Origin: Nemertoderma westbladi
Lineage: Eukaryota; Animalia; Xenacoelomorpha
Reading direction: 5' to 3'
Length of the DNA stretch: 44,626 nucleotides
NCBI GenBank assembly: GCA_032718475.1
Contig: JAUCBJ010001155.1
Coordinates: 1 to 44,626 of the forward strand
This document shows, in pieces, positions 13,518 through 23,433 of the stretch (position 1 is its first letter; the number at the start of each line of letters is the position of its first letter). The notes below the pieces were generated by a model. It had not been told where the DNA came from, ran no database searches, and saw only the letters and a program-made list of their open reading frames with translations. Both the position numbers and the translations under genes were made by a program.

Positions 13518-14011
13518 ACTAATGTGTGCATTGTACTTGACACAATGAACCCGGCGTAGCATTCTTGTGAATGTGCCATCCAGAGATTTGATGTCCTCAG
13601 CAGTTAGAGCCCAGCATGGACTCCCGTAGAGGAGTACTGGAACTACTGCTGCTCTAAATAATCGGACCTTGAGTTTCCGATTAATTCTCGGTGACTTCCA
13701 AATCCTGGAAAGCCTATTCAAGGCTGCCCATGCCTTTCCCTTACGTATTCGAAGGTCCTCACCTGACTTCCGGATCCATGATCCCAGGTAACAGAAGTTG
13801 TCCACATGCTCAAGCATACCATCCTTTGAGCTTATGCTCATCCGATCAGAGACTTGCTGAGGACTTTCAAAGTTAACTGTCAAAATTGTGGTCTTTCTGG
13901 AGGTAATAAAAAGACCAACACTAGAAGCAGAATGTTCTAAATGAGCTGAGGAGCCGTTGGGCTCCCTCTAATGATTCTGAGAGTACTCCTAAGTCATCAG
14001 CAAAGTCTATC
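13518..14011 (-). mobile_element. RTE-clade LINE internal RT fragment
   Basis: DFADDLGVL at ~13981-14010. ORF 13491..13883 carries FCYLGS, KVRLFRAAVVPVLLYGS and DGTFTRMLR. A near-identical copy lies at 32286-32511. Confidence 0.85.
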
Positions 14012-14069
14012 TGATCAACATTGAGGTTTCCAAGCTAAATTCTCACATGTGAATGAATAATATGTCACA

Positions 14070-14280
14070 CACTTTAGGTATGTTGCTACATAGTCGGATC
14101 CCAAGGGCTTTAATGTGGATCAGTTGGCGAAAATCTTCAAAAGTTACTTACGAATGAATTTTTCGTTACAGACAGACAAGCGGACAGAACGACCGACTGG
14201 AGATGAAATGTTGCCCTATTTTTACTAATTGCAATTGTGCGCTAAGGCTTGCCCTGACTGCGTGACTCGTCCCACAGAAC
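14070..14280 (+). repeat. Dispersed repeat with ACAG microsatellite (Helentron/HINE-like end)
   Basis: Similar to 32870-33008, and in inverted orientation to 14623-14700. The ACAGACAGAC..GGAC motif near the end resembles Helentron-associated elements; the family call is tentative. Confidence 0.45.
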
Positions 14281-14289
14281 ACCAAACTC

Positions 14290-14482
14290 TCCAACCAACT
14301 ACACTCAACTTTGACTCACTTTCACCCAACTACACTCCACTTCCACCCAACTACACCCAACTTTCACCCAACTACCCCCAACAACACCCAACTTTCACCC
14401 AATTCTCCACCCAACTATCACCCAACTACAGTACACTCAACATTGTCTCACTTCCACCCAACTACACTTACCTTTCACCACT
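14290..14482. repeat. CACCCAACT(A/TT) subrepeat array, third copy of the element-B terminal motif
   Basis: Same unit as 11315-11420 and, inverted, 15865-15947. Confidence 0.8.
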
Positions 14483-16246
14483 TTCTCGCAGGTCAGGATT
14501 TTTGAAAATAAAAAATTATAAAGCAAATTATAAAATTGTCAAAAACCATACAAATCCTAATCTACGTCGCTTTTTTGGATGTGAAGATGAGTAGGACATA
14601 CAGTACAATATATCTAATGTTTAGTTCTGTGGCATAACAGCGAGAACATGCGAGCCACGTAGTAAAGGCGAGCCTTAACGCACTATGATAATTAGTAAAT
14701 ACTGGAAAATTTATTTCGAGTTATTATCATATTCGAGTTAGTGAAATATTGAAACGAGGGACCGAAGTGAGATAAAAGTACATTATACACTATAATATGT
14801 TGTTTTATTGTTAAATTTCTTGATTACTTAACGCTCGTCTATGGACGAGCCGCAAATAATCCATCTATCTACTATATTTACGGCTTGTCCAAGGACAAGC
14901 GTTAAGTAATTCAGAAATTTAACAATAAAATATTATAATTATCCTTTGTATCATATTACAAGAAAGATTGTAACATACAGTAGTCTTTATTTTCAACAGT
15001 TTTATTCTAAACTTCGTGGCCTTTATATTAATTTGATCTTATCTTTCGTTTATTATTTTGGTTCCATGATAAATTTATTATTCGCCTATATTATACAGAA
15101 AGTACTTTATTTGCTAACCATTAAGATTGGATCAGGGAGCCAAATGGAGTGTAAACTTGAGACATGTAAAATGTAATGAGAAATGTAAAAAGTTCTAAAA
15201 TTATTTACGTTGTTTCGTTAAAAATTAATTAATACAGTATAAAGGCCATAAAGTTTAAGATAAAGAAGCTGAAAATAATGTTACAGTTTATTTTCTTGTA
15301 TTCTATGATACATAAAGGATAATTACATTATTATAATTGCATTAAACATACTGTATAATATAGAACTTATGTCCATTAACTTTGTACGAATTATCTGCAT
15401 TGCTATTCCCACAGCAGAAGTTTCCAATAATGCGATTTCGTCGTTAAGGCTGTGACGGTGACCCTCCTGTGTATCAATACCGTTTTCATTTTCACCGCAA
15501 TCCCACAGCGCCAGTTTAGTTTGTACTGTAGCTTAGTTTGGAGTTTTGATGCGTGGTATGTGTAGACATCTATAGGTATCTGGATCGTTCGTCAATAGTC
15601 TCTGTGTCTCTCCTTTGTATATTTATTGCTAAATTCATCAATTATTCTAGAATCAACCTGCAATAAAAATAAAATGTTAGTTAGTTATTTTCATAATTGC
15701 AGGGCAGTGATGGCAAAATACAGCACGAGTACATGCAACTTTTAAAAGTTCATATCTCAGCAATTCCTCAAAGAAGTTCAGAGTTTGTTACTGTACATAT
15801 TGTAATTTGTGGAAGATAGGTGCCATACAGTATAGTTTGGTGTAAGTTGGATGCTGTTGTGTTGAAGTTGGGTGTAGTTGGTGAAAGTTGGGTGTAGTTG
15901 GGTGGTAGTTGGGTGTAGTTGGGTGAAAGTTGGGTGTAGTCGGGTGATTAGGCTGACCCTACTGGACTATGCCTATAGGTATTTCAGCAATAACTATTGC
16001 GTTTTGGATTACAATTAATTACATCCACACAGACAAACAGGCATACAAACAGACAACAACCCAAACCGCAATGATAATTACCTTTGCAGGCATTTCATAT
16101 ATATGCCGTATGTTTTTGTCTGTTTTTGTGTGTTTTTGTATGTTTTTGTGTGTTTTTGTGTGTTTTTGTGAGTTTTTGTGTGTTTTTGTGTGTTTTTGTG
16201 AGTTTTTGTGTGTTTTTGTGTGTTTTTGGTGTAAATAGACGTCCCC

Positions 16247-17500
16247 CTTTATTAGCTCTCTGACAGACGAGAGTGTACCTCTGATACAGACAACTTGACG
16301 CCGACCACTCAGGTATGACTTAAACCATGCAACTGTTGGGTCCGAGAAACCAATGAAACTCAGCTTTGAGAGGAGTATATCATGATCCACCGTGTCAAAC
16401 GCTTTCCGAAGGTCTATGAATACCACTCCTGTTACTTTGCCTTCTTCTACAGCTTCTTTAATATAGTTATTGAGATACATCATACAGGTCTCCACTGAAA
16501 ATCCTTTCCTGTATCCTGATTGTAGGGGGTCTAATATTTTATAAGTTTCAACGTAATTATAGACCTGTAGGTATATTGGTTGGTCAATGACCTTTGATAA
16601 GATTGTTAGGAGTGACAGAGGTCTGTAATTCTCTTTATCCAACTTTGTTTCCGCTTTGTAACTTGGTATTACCTTGGCCAATTTAAATAAGGAGGGGTAT
16701 GTTGATGTGTCAATTGATTCATTAATCAGGTGTGTCAGGGGTTCAGCTATATCCTTTGCAATGTCTTTAATATATCGGGGCGGTAGGTCATCAATTCCAG
16801 CACTCTTATCAATTTTCAAGTTATTTAAAATTTCTAATATTTCAGTTGTATTAAGATTAACCTTATGTAAACTAAAAGTATTATTGTGGAAGCCTTTGTG
16901 TCTGTAATAGTTCTTGACAGCAGCAAGGTCATAAACTCCTTTACTCGGTGGAAGTCTGTTTACAAGTTCCTCAGCTATGGTAGTAAAATACTTATTGAAT
17001 TCCTCTGCAATTACAAGTTCGTCTGTAACTAGCTTGCCTCCTATTTGTAAGCTATTAACTCCTTTGGCCTGCGCTTTTTTCGAGGGTTCTCCAAGAGATT
17101 TCAATTCCTTCCAGAGTTTTTTTGGGTCATTGCAATACGCATTCAGTTTCTCTCTTATGTAATTAGACTTAGCAGTTTTAATTGTAGATCTATTCGAATA
17201 TAAAAGTTCCTTGTAATGCAGTTCATTGACTTTTGTTGGATTCCTGTGGAAACTTTTTAGTGCATTATTCTTTGCTGCAATACTGTGCAATATTTCCGGA
17301 TTGATCCAGGGTTGTGAGTCCACTCGTATCCGCACAGATCGTTTAGGCGCAACTTTATCTAGGGTTGCCGACAATACATTTACTATAGCTGAAGATACAT
17401 TTTCCACATCCTTTTCTTGTCTTATATGTTGAATGATATGGTTAAATCGAATCATTGAAGAGACTGTCTCCTTTGTATACTCTTTAAAAGACCTACAGTT
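16247..17500 (-). mobile_element. L2/CR1-group LINE, 5' half (5'-truncated; linker and RT N-terminal part)
   Basis: ORF 16019..17455 has PWI, KSAGIDD, NYRPLSLL, QSGYRKG, FIDLRKAFDTVDH and WFKSYLSGRRQVV. The ORF's last ~75 aa are read-through into the element-A TIR. Confidence 0.92.
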
Positions 17501-18632
17501 TCTGTTAAAGACAGAAACTCAAGTGTCTGTAGTCTGTGGGTTTCATGCATGGACTGATGGAACCAAAATATATTTTTGTCATCAGAAATTTTTAAAAAAT
17601 AAGCAATTTGGCTCTTTTTTGTGATCAAAAACATAAAAACCTAGTTTTAGGCTTTTTTCAAATTTGGGTTTTTGACAAAAATCGACAAAAACCTAGACCT
17701 AGGTTTACAAAAACCTACTTTGCCAGTCCTGACTATCAGACTATGATTATAGCTCATCTATACTTCGTGCTGCGCGAAGGCCCCTTTAGTCAGTTAGTGC
17801 AGTAGTGTAAGCTAAATTTTGTACCGGTATATTACAACCGTATTACCTATTTATTCATTACTAGGCTATAATATAGAATATGAAATTAATTACTGTCAGA
17901 CTTTGGAGCATTATTTATTAGCATCTTATTTGATTATCAGTACCGGTAGAGTTCTAGATTCTAGACCGTAGTTGAGAAAAAGATATTATTTATTGTATTA
18001 CCTAACCTACAGACCTACCTATATTAAAAAACTCAGGATCCCATCTGGCTTTTCTGGGATCGCAGCAGGAGCAGATAATATTCTACATCCATGCCAGACT
18101 GGAATCCATACACTTTGCGCCAGATTAATCCGGCGCGCTTTACAATAAAAATAAAAACGCGCCAAGTTGGCGCGTGGCGTGCTCGAAAATCTCAAAACGC
18201 GCCGGCTCTGGCGCATGGCGCTCCTACAAATATAAACCGGAACATCCAGAATGGCCACAACCTATGAACGTGCCAAAGGCTGAAAGGGTACTTAGCATGG
18301 GGTCAACACAACACATTGTCAGTGACCAATGCATTAAGACAGTACTGCAGTAAGTAACCCAGGAAATACATGGTCGGCTTTTTGTCGACGAAATATAGCT
18401 GTCTTTTCTGCTTTTCGCTTGGCTAAAAGGCCGTATTGCCAGCTGCCAGCTGTGGGAGTGATGAAGGGGGAGGGTCGTAAGCAAGGTGGATCGTAACTAA
18501 GTTGGGAGAGGTATTGAAAAAATAAAATTGCATTACGTAATTTATGACCAGCACAGCAACAGACTGACAGATGAATTGAATACCGGTAGGGTAGCCCAAT
18601 ACTGAATACACTGGAATACTGGTATAAGGAAT

Positions 18633-18803
18633 CAGGACTACTCTATTAAAATACAGAAATATAATATACTGAGACAACTGATAATACTGTAATATAGGGG
18701 TACTAATAATATAATTAATATATAATAAATAATATACTGAGAGAAGTTCGCTTTGCTTTCAACGTGGGATCTAAGTTCGCTTCGCGACTAACATGATGAT
18801 TAC
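18633..18803. repeat. First unit of a ~190-bp tandem duplication; the second unit is split by the 18906-24723 element
   Basis: CAGGACTACTCTATTAAAATACAG...AACATGATGATTAC recurs as 18823-18905 plus 24724-24804. Confidence 0.88.
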
Positions 18804-20022
18804 CAAACAGCCAAAGGGGGTGCAGGACTACTCTATTAAAATACAGAAATATAATATACTGAGACAACTGATAATATACTAATAATATAATTAATATATA
18901 ATAAATAGGGCTCGATCGGAGTTGGGATTTGGCCGGAGCCGGAGCAGGAGCCGGAGTTGGACAATTTGGCCGGAGCCGGAGCAGGAGCCGGAGTTTTTCA
19001 AAAATTTTAAAAATTTAATTATTTATTTAGGCCTAAAAAAAAATAAAGTATGGTTATCGTTCGCCAATCGCTCATAATCAATCATACTGTAGGTCTAAGT
19101 AATTTCATAATTTGTAGATTTACGAATTTTCAATTTAAGTAATTAATTTATCACGGACAGACGGCCTGACGCTGACGGCGACGGCCTGACGCTGACGGCT
19201 AAAAATTACCTACAGTACCTAACTCGCTAACTGTCTAAGTCTAACTGTGGTAGAGGTGTGTACTGTAGGTAGTAGGGGTAGGAGGTACAGGGTCATATTC
19301 TTGGAATCAAGGGGGTCGCCCCACATTCTATCCATTATGATCCCAGAACTACAAAAAAACCAAAAATTTGAAAAAAAATTTCATTTTCATCAGTAGACAT
19401 CATTTTTAGTCTGTCGCGTTGACAAAAACTCATTTTCACCTTAGTCATAGTGATCGGAATCAATATGTTGTAAAAAGAGTTTGAGAGGTCGTATGAAGTT
19501 GAAAATAGTCTCATTGGAATCGCAATCGTCGGTTTACTGTTAGTGAATTAAAAAATATTTATTTTTCAACAGCGAATAATTTTTTTCAGTATGAGATATT
19601 GTCTAAAATCAACTTTTCACCCTACTGTAGGCGTAGCGATCAGAAGTCTTAATATGCAGATATGTTGTAACAAGAGTTTGGAAGGTCGTATTAAATTGAA
19701 AATAGTCTCATTGGAAAATTGTTGTTGGGTCATCTTAACTTGAAATAAAGTCTCATTGGAACCACAATGATGATTAATTTACTAATAATGAGTTAAGAAA
19801 AAATTAACGGAACTCAAAGTCTGTTGTGTTGATGAAAGTTGACTTTTCACCTTAGCCAGTGATCAGAGTTATCATATATTGTATAAAGTGTGGAAACTCA
19901 TCTGAACTTTCAAATAAGTCATAGGAGCCGCAATGTGAACGAATTTTCCTGTAGCTTTAGTTCAGCTGAGTTTATCAGCTTTAAGCTCTGCCACGTCGCC
20001 AACGTTCTACAGGAAGGCAGAG

Positions 20023-20270
20023 AGTTTGGCTTTTGGGTTGAACTTTGCCGGATGCCAGATAAACCGGGAAGATTTTGGCTTTTTGATTGACCTTTGCCGG
20101 ATGCCAGATAAACCGGGAAGATGTTGGCTTTTTTACTGACCTTTGCCGGATGCCAGATAAACCGGGAAGATTTTGGCTTTTTGATTGACCTTTGCCGGAT
20201 GCCAGATAAACCGGGAAGATTTTGACTTTTTGATTGACCTTTGCCGGATGCCAGATAAACCGGGAAGATA
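20023..20270. repeat. 49-bp minisatellite, 5 copies, just downstream of the transposase stop
   Basis: CTTTGCCGGATGCCAGATAAACCGGGAAGAT starts at 20043, 20092, 20141, 20190 and 20239. Confidence 0.95.
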
Positions 20271-20286
20271 TTGAGAATGATTAGGC

Positions 20287-23200
20287 CTACTTTTCAGATG
20301 GAAAAAGGAAGTCAAATGTGGCCCTGAACTCAGAGTGGTTATGTAGAATAAACTGCATATTTCGTGAAGATGAAGTTAAGTCCCAGTCTCCATCAACCAA
20401 ACAGTTCATAATACCTTCCTTTGTGACCTCCTGAACATCATCGAAAGCAGGATATTTCCAACGTTTATCAGATACAGGATCTACCCGTTCCAAATGGTTC
20501 ACAACATAAGTTGACTCCTTTCTTTCAAGAAGGTATCCTAATTCCCATGTGGATTTGCCTTCAAAAATCCACAATGTGGCACACATTCCATTGATGTCCA
20601 CAGCCAATGAAGGAGCTGGTTTATCTATTGCTTTATCTTTGTCACTCTGTATGGCTAATATCATAGACAAGTCATCATTTGTAGGTAAGTCTACAACAGA
20701 TCCTGTTGGTGGAGTTTGATTGCCAAGAAGCACCAGAAAATTTTCAAGCCGTTCATCAGGTGTTATCCCATTTAGACGATATAGCTCTGGTCGAATAGTA
20801 ACATCTAACTTGTGTGTATGTTTAAAGTAAGATAATTCAGTTTTAACAATCCGATCTGACTGTAATTGACCTTTATCTTTAATTATTTCTTCGAGTTCAT
20901 TTATACAGGTAGCTGGTCCATTCCAAGATTTACAGTCCCTAAGAAGTTTTAATGTGTAATCTTTGACATTTTTGCTTTTCTCAATTTTTTCTTCTAATCT
21001 TTTCAGCTGTAGTTGTTTTTGTTTAGCAGACCAATTAAATTCTCTCTCACGAAGGATGGCATTGATCTTCTTTGTGGTTTCATCAACACACTTTGGTGAT
21101 GCTTGATACAATACCATATCGTTTCTGATGCCTCTTGCAGTAAATTTCTTATTTCGGAATTTCGCAACAGTTGCTATGTTACTGAATTTGCCCAAGTCCC
21201 GCTCTGCTTGTAAGTTGTTAGTTGGCAAATTTGCTAGCTCGCTATCTGTCAGTTTGTGCAACTCTGTAGTACGTGCGGGAGTATCAACTGCTGAGAAGCC
21301 ATATTCTCTGCCACATTGCAGTTGTAAAACAGCAGCTGCATCTGTGCACATTAGCTCTATTAGCTTGACTTCCAGTGGACTATTGGGTTCTCTAATTGGT
21401 ACATGTTTATAACTAATTATAAATTCTCCAAGGGTTTCAGTGCATCCTATCAATAGATCACTATGTAATTTTGGTAAGATCTTTAGGAGAGTTGACTGGT
21501 TTGATAGCTCGATACAGTTTAGGTATGGAAGAGTTACCTTATGGGTAAAGTATGATAGTGCCCAGAGTTCAGTGATAAAAAACTCGCACTCCAAAAAGAG
21601 ATTACATGTTTCAGTTAGTTGATTCGATTTGTGACTCTGAGCTAAAAGAGTTCTCAGAAGTGGTAATGCTTCTAGAATGGAAGCTGACATGTAACCTAAT
21701 TTAGTAAATCTTCTCTCATGGTAGAGTGTCATGTGCTTCACTTTTCCCTCTTTCTCTAGGAGAATGTCAAACTCTTCAGCCAGTGAAGCTGCATTGGCAG
21801 ACTTATCATAGGCGACCAACTTAAGCAAGGCATTTAAACCTGCTAGAACTACTGCCTTTTTCCCTCGAAAGAATGTATGAAGTGAATAATTGGCAGCTTC
21901 CAGCTTTCCTCTAAGGTCTAATTGTCGCTCTAAGTCACACAAAACTGTCAGATTTGACCTATCAAATGCTTCAACTGTATGACTCTTACACAGTAAATGA
22001 TACGGAATATAATCACTTCCAAGTTTGTCAGAAACTCCCTTCTCTATATTTAGATTTTTTGATACAGCATCCGTCATTACTGCAGTTGTGTTTTTCCATA
22101 GGGACATTGGACCAATAGCAGATGATAATGCCAGTGATGCAGCACAAGCTAAACGTTCATATGTTTCTGTAATTAATAGTATTATATTATCTCTATCCTC
22201 ATACGCAAAAAACAGAGGACGCAAACGAAATTTAGTGTTGTTTGAGAATATCAATATGAGGCAAGGCCACTCCCCATCAATGTTATTTCTTGATGTTGTA
22301 TCATAGTGGAGGGTGCACTTTATTTCACTGTTTTTTGTTGCTAAAGCAGTCCCTGCATCTTTTTCTACACCAGATGCTTGTAGTTGTTTGTGTTCAATTA
22401 TTGTTTTTGAACTAGGTAGAACATATCTATATTTTCCGTAGTCTGTTGCCGAAACTGGAGTATTTGTTTTGGGTGATACAGTTTCTCGACAAACTCGTTT
22501 AGGGTTGGGCTCAATTGGTTCAGCTTCCAGGGTACAATTACTGTCTCCATTCTGTTCTTCGGGAGATAAAAAGTATTTATGCCTGTACAGATCTCTAGCC
22601 ACTACCTGGACAGCTATTCGTGACTTTTCTGCTGACAGTGCACATGAAGTTGATACATTTGCACATGTTGTTTTTATGTCACTTGTTAAGTTTCTCCTCT
22701 GGCGGATTTCAATTCGGTCAATGAAATTGCAAATTGTCTGACTACTTTTTTCTATGTAAGACTTGGTGTTTCGGGCTAAACCTGAGCGATTGCTGCTTAT
22801 GTTAAGGTTTATAGGCGAGCTTATTTCCCCATTAAAGCAGTCGTCATCAAAATTACTGTCAACAACCTCACTACCATCATCACCAAAGATGTGTTCTTCC
22901 TCTATTCTGGTGAGTTCCTGTTGGTCTTGACTTTTTTGTTGCTCGGCAGTTATTTTCAATTCGTATTCAGTATCTATTTGATCGCTAAGATAACCAGTCC
23001 GCTGCTTGCTTAATTGCCCAAAATAAAATGCACGTTCATCTGTATCAAAATTATCTGGAACCGCTTTAGTGTTCAATATGGACAAAACTGAATAATTATT
23101 ATCCCTCCAGTTACGCATTCTCTCTCTCTTACTTTTACAAGACCTCCCTTTCATGGTTACTTTATTGAAATAATCCAAAATGTGAGCCCGAAGTTTTCGC

Positions 23201-23433
23201 TTTATGGTGCTTCTAGATGCAATATTATCAGCTCCAAAGGCTTTGCACCACATATTGTTAAGGGAATTGGAATATGCAGTAATTGCCTTTGTTCTAAGGG
23301 CAGACTCTTTATCTGCCTTAGGTGAGCCGCCTGGGGCATAATTGGTAATTGCAATAACAGCCTCATAAATGAAGGGTAATTTGTCACCCAAAACAAATAC
23401 TATGTCACACTGAGCAAGTGATTGAGATGTCAT
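20287..23433 (-). CDS. DDE transposase, hAT-like (1048 aa from the first ATG)
   Basis: Uninterrupted ORF between TIRs. Candidate catalytic residues in LHYDTT, MTDAVSKN and NLQAER; CxxH motif (CKSH) after the second D. Confidence 0.82.
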   Translation of the reverse strand: MTSQSLAQCDIVFVLGDKLPFIYEAVIAITNYAPGGSPKADKESALRTKAITAYSNSLNNMWCKAFGADNIASRSTIKRKLRAHILDYFNKVTMKGRSCKSKRERMRNWRDNNYSVLSILNTKAVPDNFDTDERAFYFGQLSKQRTGYLSDQIDTEYELKITAEQQKSQDQQELTRIEEEHIFGDDGSEVVDSNFDDDCFNGEISSPINLNISSNRSGLARNTKSYIEKSSQTICNFIDRIEIRQRRNLTSDIKTTCANVSTSCALSAEKSRIAVQVVARDLYRHKYFLSPEEQNGDSNCTLEAEPIEPNPKRVCRETVSPKTNTPVSATDYGKYRYVLPSSKTIIEHKQLQASGVEKDAGTALATKNSEIKCTLHYDTTSRNNIDGEWPCLILIFSNNTKFRLRPLFFAYEDRDNIILLITETYERLACAASLALSSAIGPMSLWKNTTAVMTDAVSKNLNIEKGVSDKLGSDYIPYHLLCKSHTVEAFDRSNLTVLCDLERQLDLRGKLEAANYSLHTFFRGKKAVVLAGLNALLKLVAYDKSANAASLAEEFDILLEKEGKVKHMTLYHERRFTKLGYMSASILEALPLLRTLLAQSHKSNQLTETCNLFLECEFFITELWALSYFTHKVTLPYLNCIELSNQSTLLKILPKLHSDLLIGCTETLGEFIISYKHVPIREPNSPLEVKLIELMCTDAAAVLQLQCGREYGFSAVDTPARTTELHKLTDSELANLPTNNLQAERDLGKFSNIATVAKFRNKKFTARGIRNDMVLYQASPKCVDETTKKINAILREREFNWSAKQKQLQLKRLEEKIEKSKNVKDYTLKLLRDCKSWNGPATCINELEEIIKDKGQLQSDRIVKTELSYFKHTHKLDVTIRPELYRLNGITPDERLENFLVLLGNQTPPTGSVVDLPTNDDLSMILAIQSDKDKAIDKPAPSLAVDINGMCATLWIFEGKSTWELGYLLERKESTYVVNHLERVDPVSDKRWKYPAFDDVQEVTKEGIMNCLVDGDWDLTSSSRNMQFILHNHSEFRATFDFLFPSEK

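Larger units (their letters stand above)
11301..15958. mobile_element. Foldback/Mutator-like element B (9-bp TSD) nested in element A
   Basis: Termini GGTCAGCCTAA...TTAGGCTGACC. TSD CTACTGGAC at 11292-11300 and 15959-15967. Arms 11301-~13120 (with two insertions) and ~15180-15958 are inverted copies with CACCCAACT subrepeats. Confidence 0.92.
9233..16246. mobile_element. Foldback/Mutator-like element A (long modular TIRs, 9-bp TSD) inserted in the LINE RT
   Basis: ~230-bp TIRs beginning GGGGACGTCTATTTACACC (9233-~9463 / ~16003-16246), built of 10-bp ACACAAAAAC subrepeats. TSD CTTTATTAG at 9224-9232 and 16247-16255. Removing it rejoins the RT as SSVRELIK-RGVPQG. Confidence 0.93.

Noticed and set aside
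16019-16246. KHTKTHKN-repeat C-terminus fused to the RT
   Set aside because: Read-through into the foldback TIR after the insertion point, not a genuine domain.
21128-22741. Short antisense ORFs over the transposase (and similar ones over the LINEs and chimaerin)
   Set aside because: Shadow ORFs of real coding sequence with no recognisable motifs.
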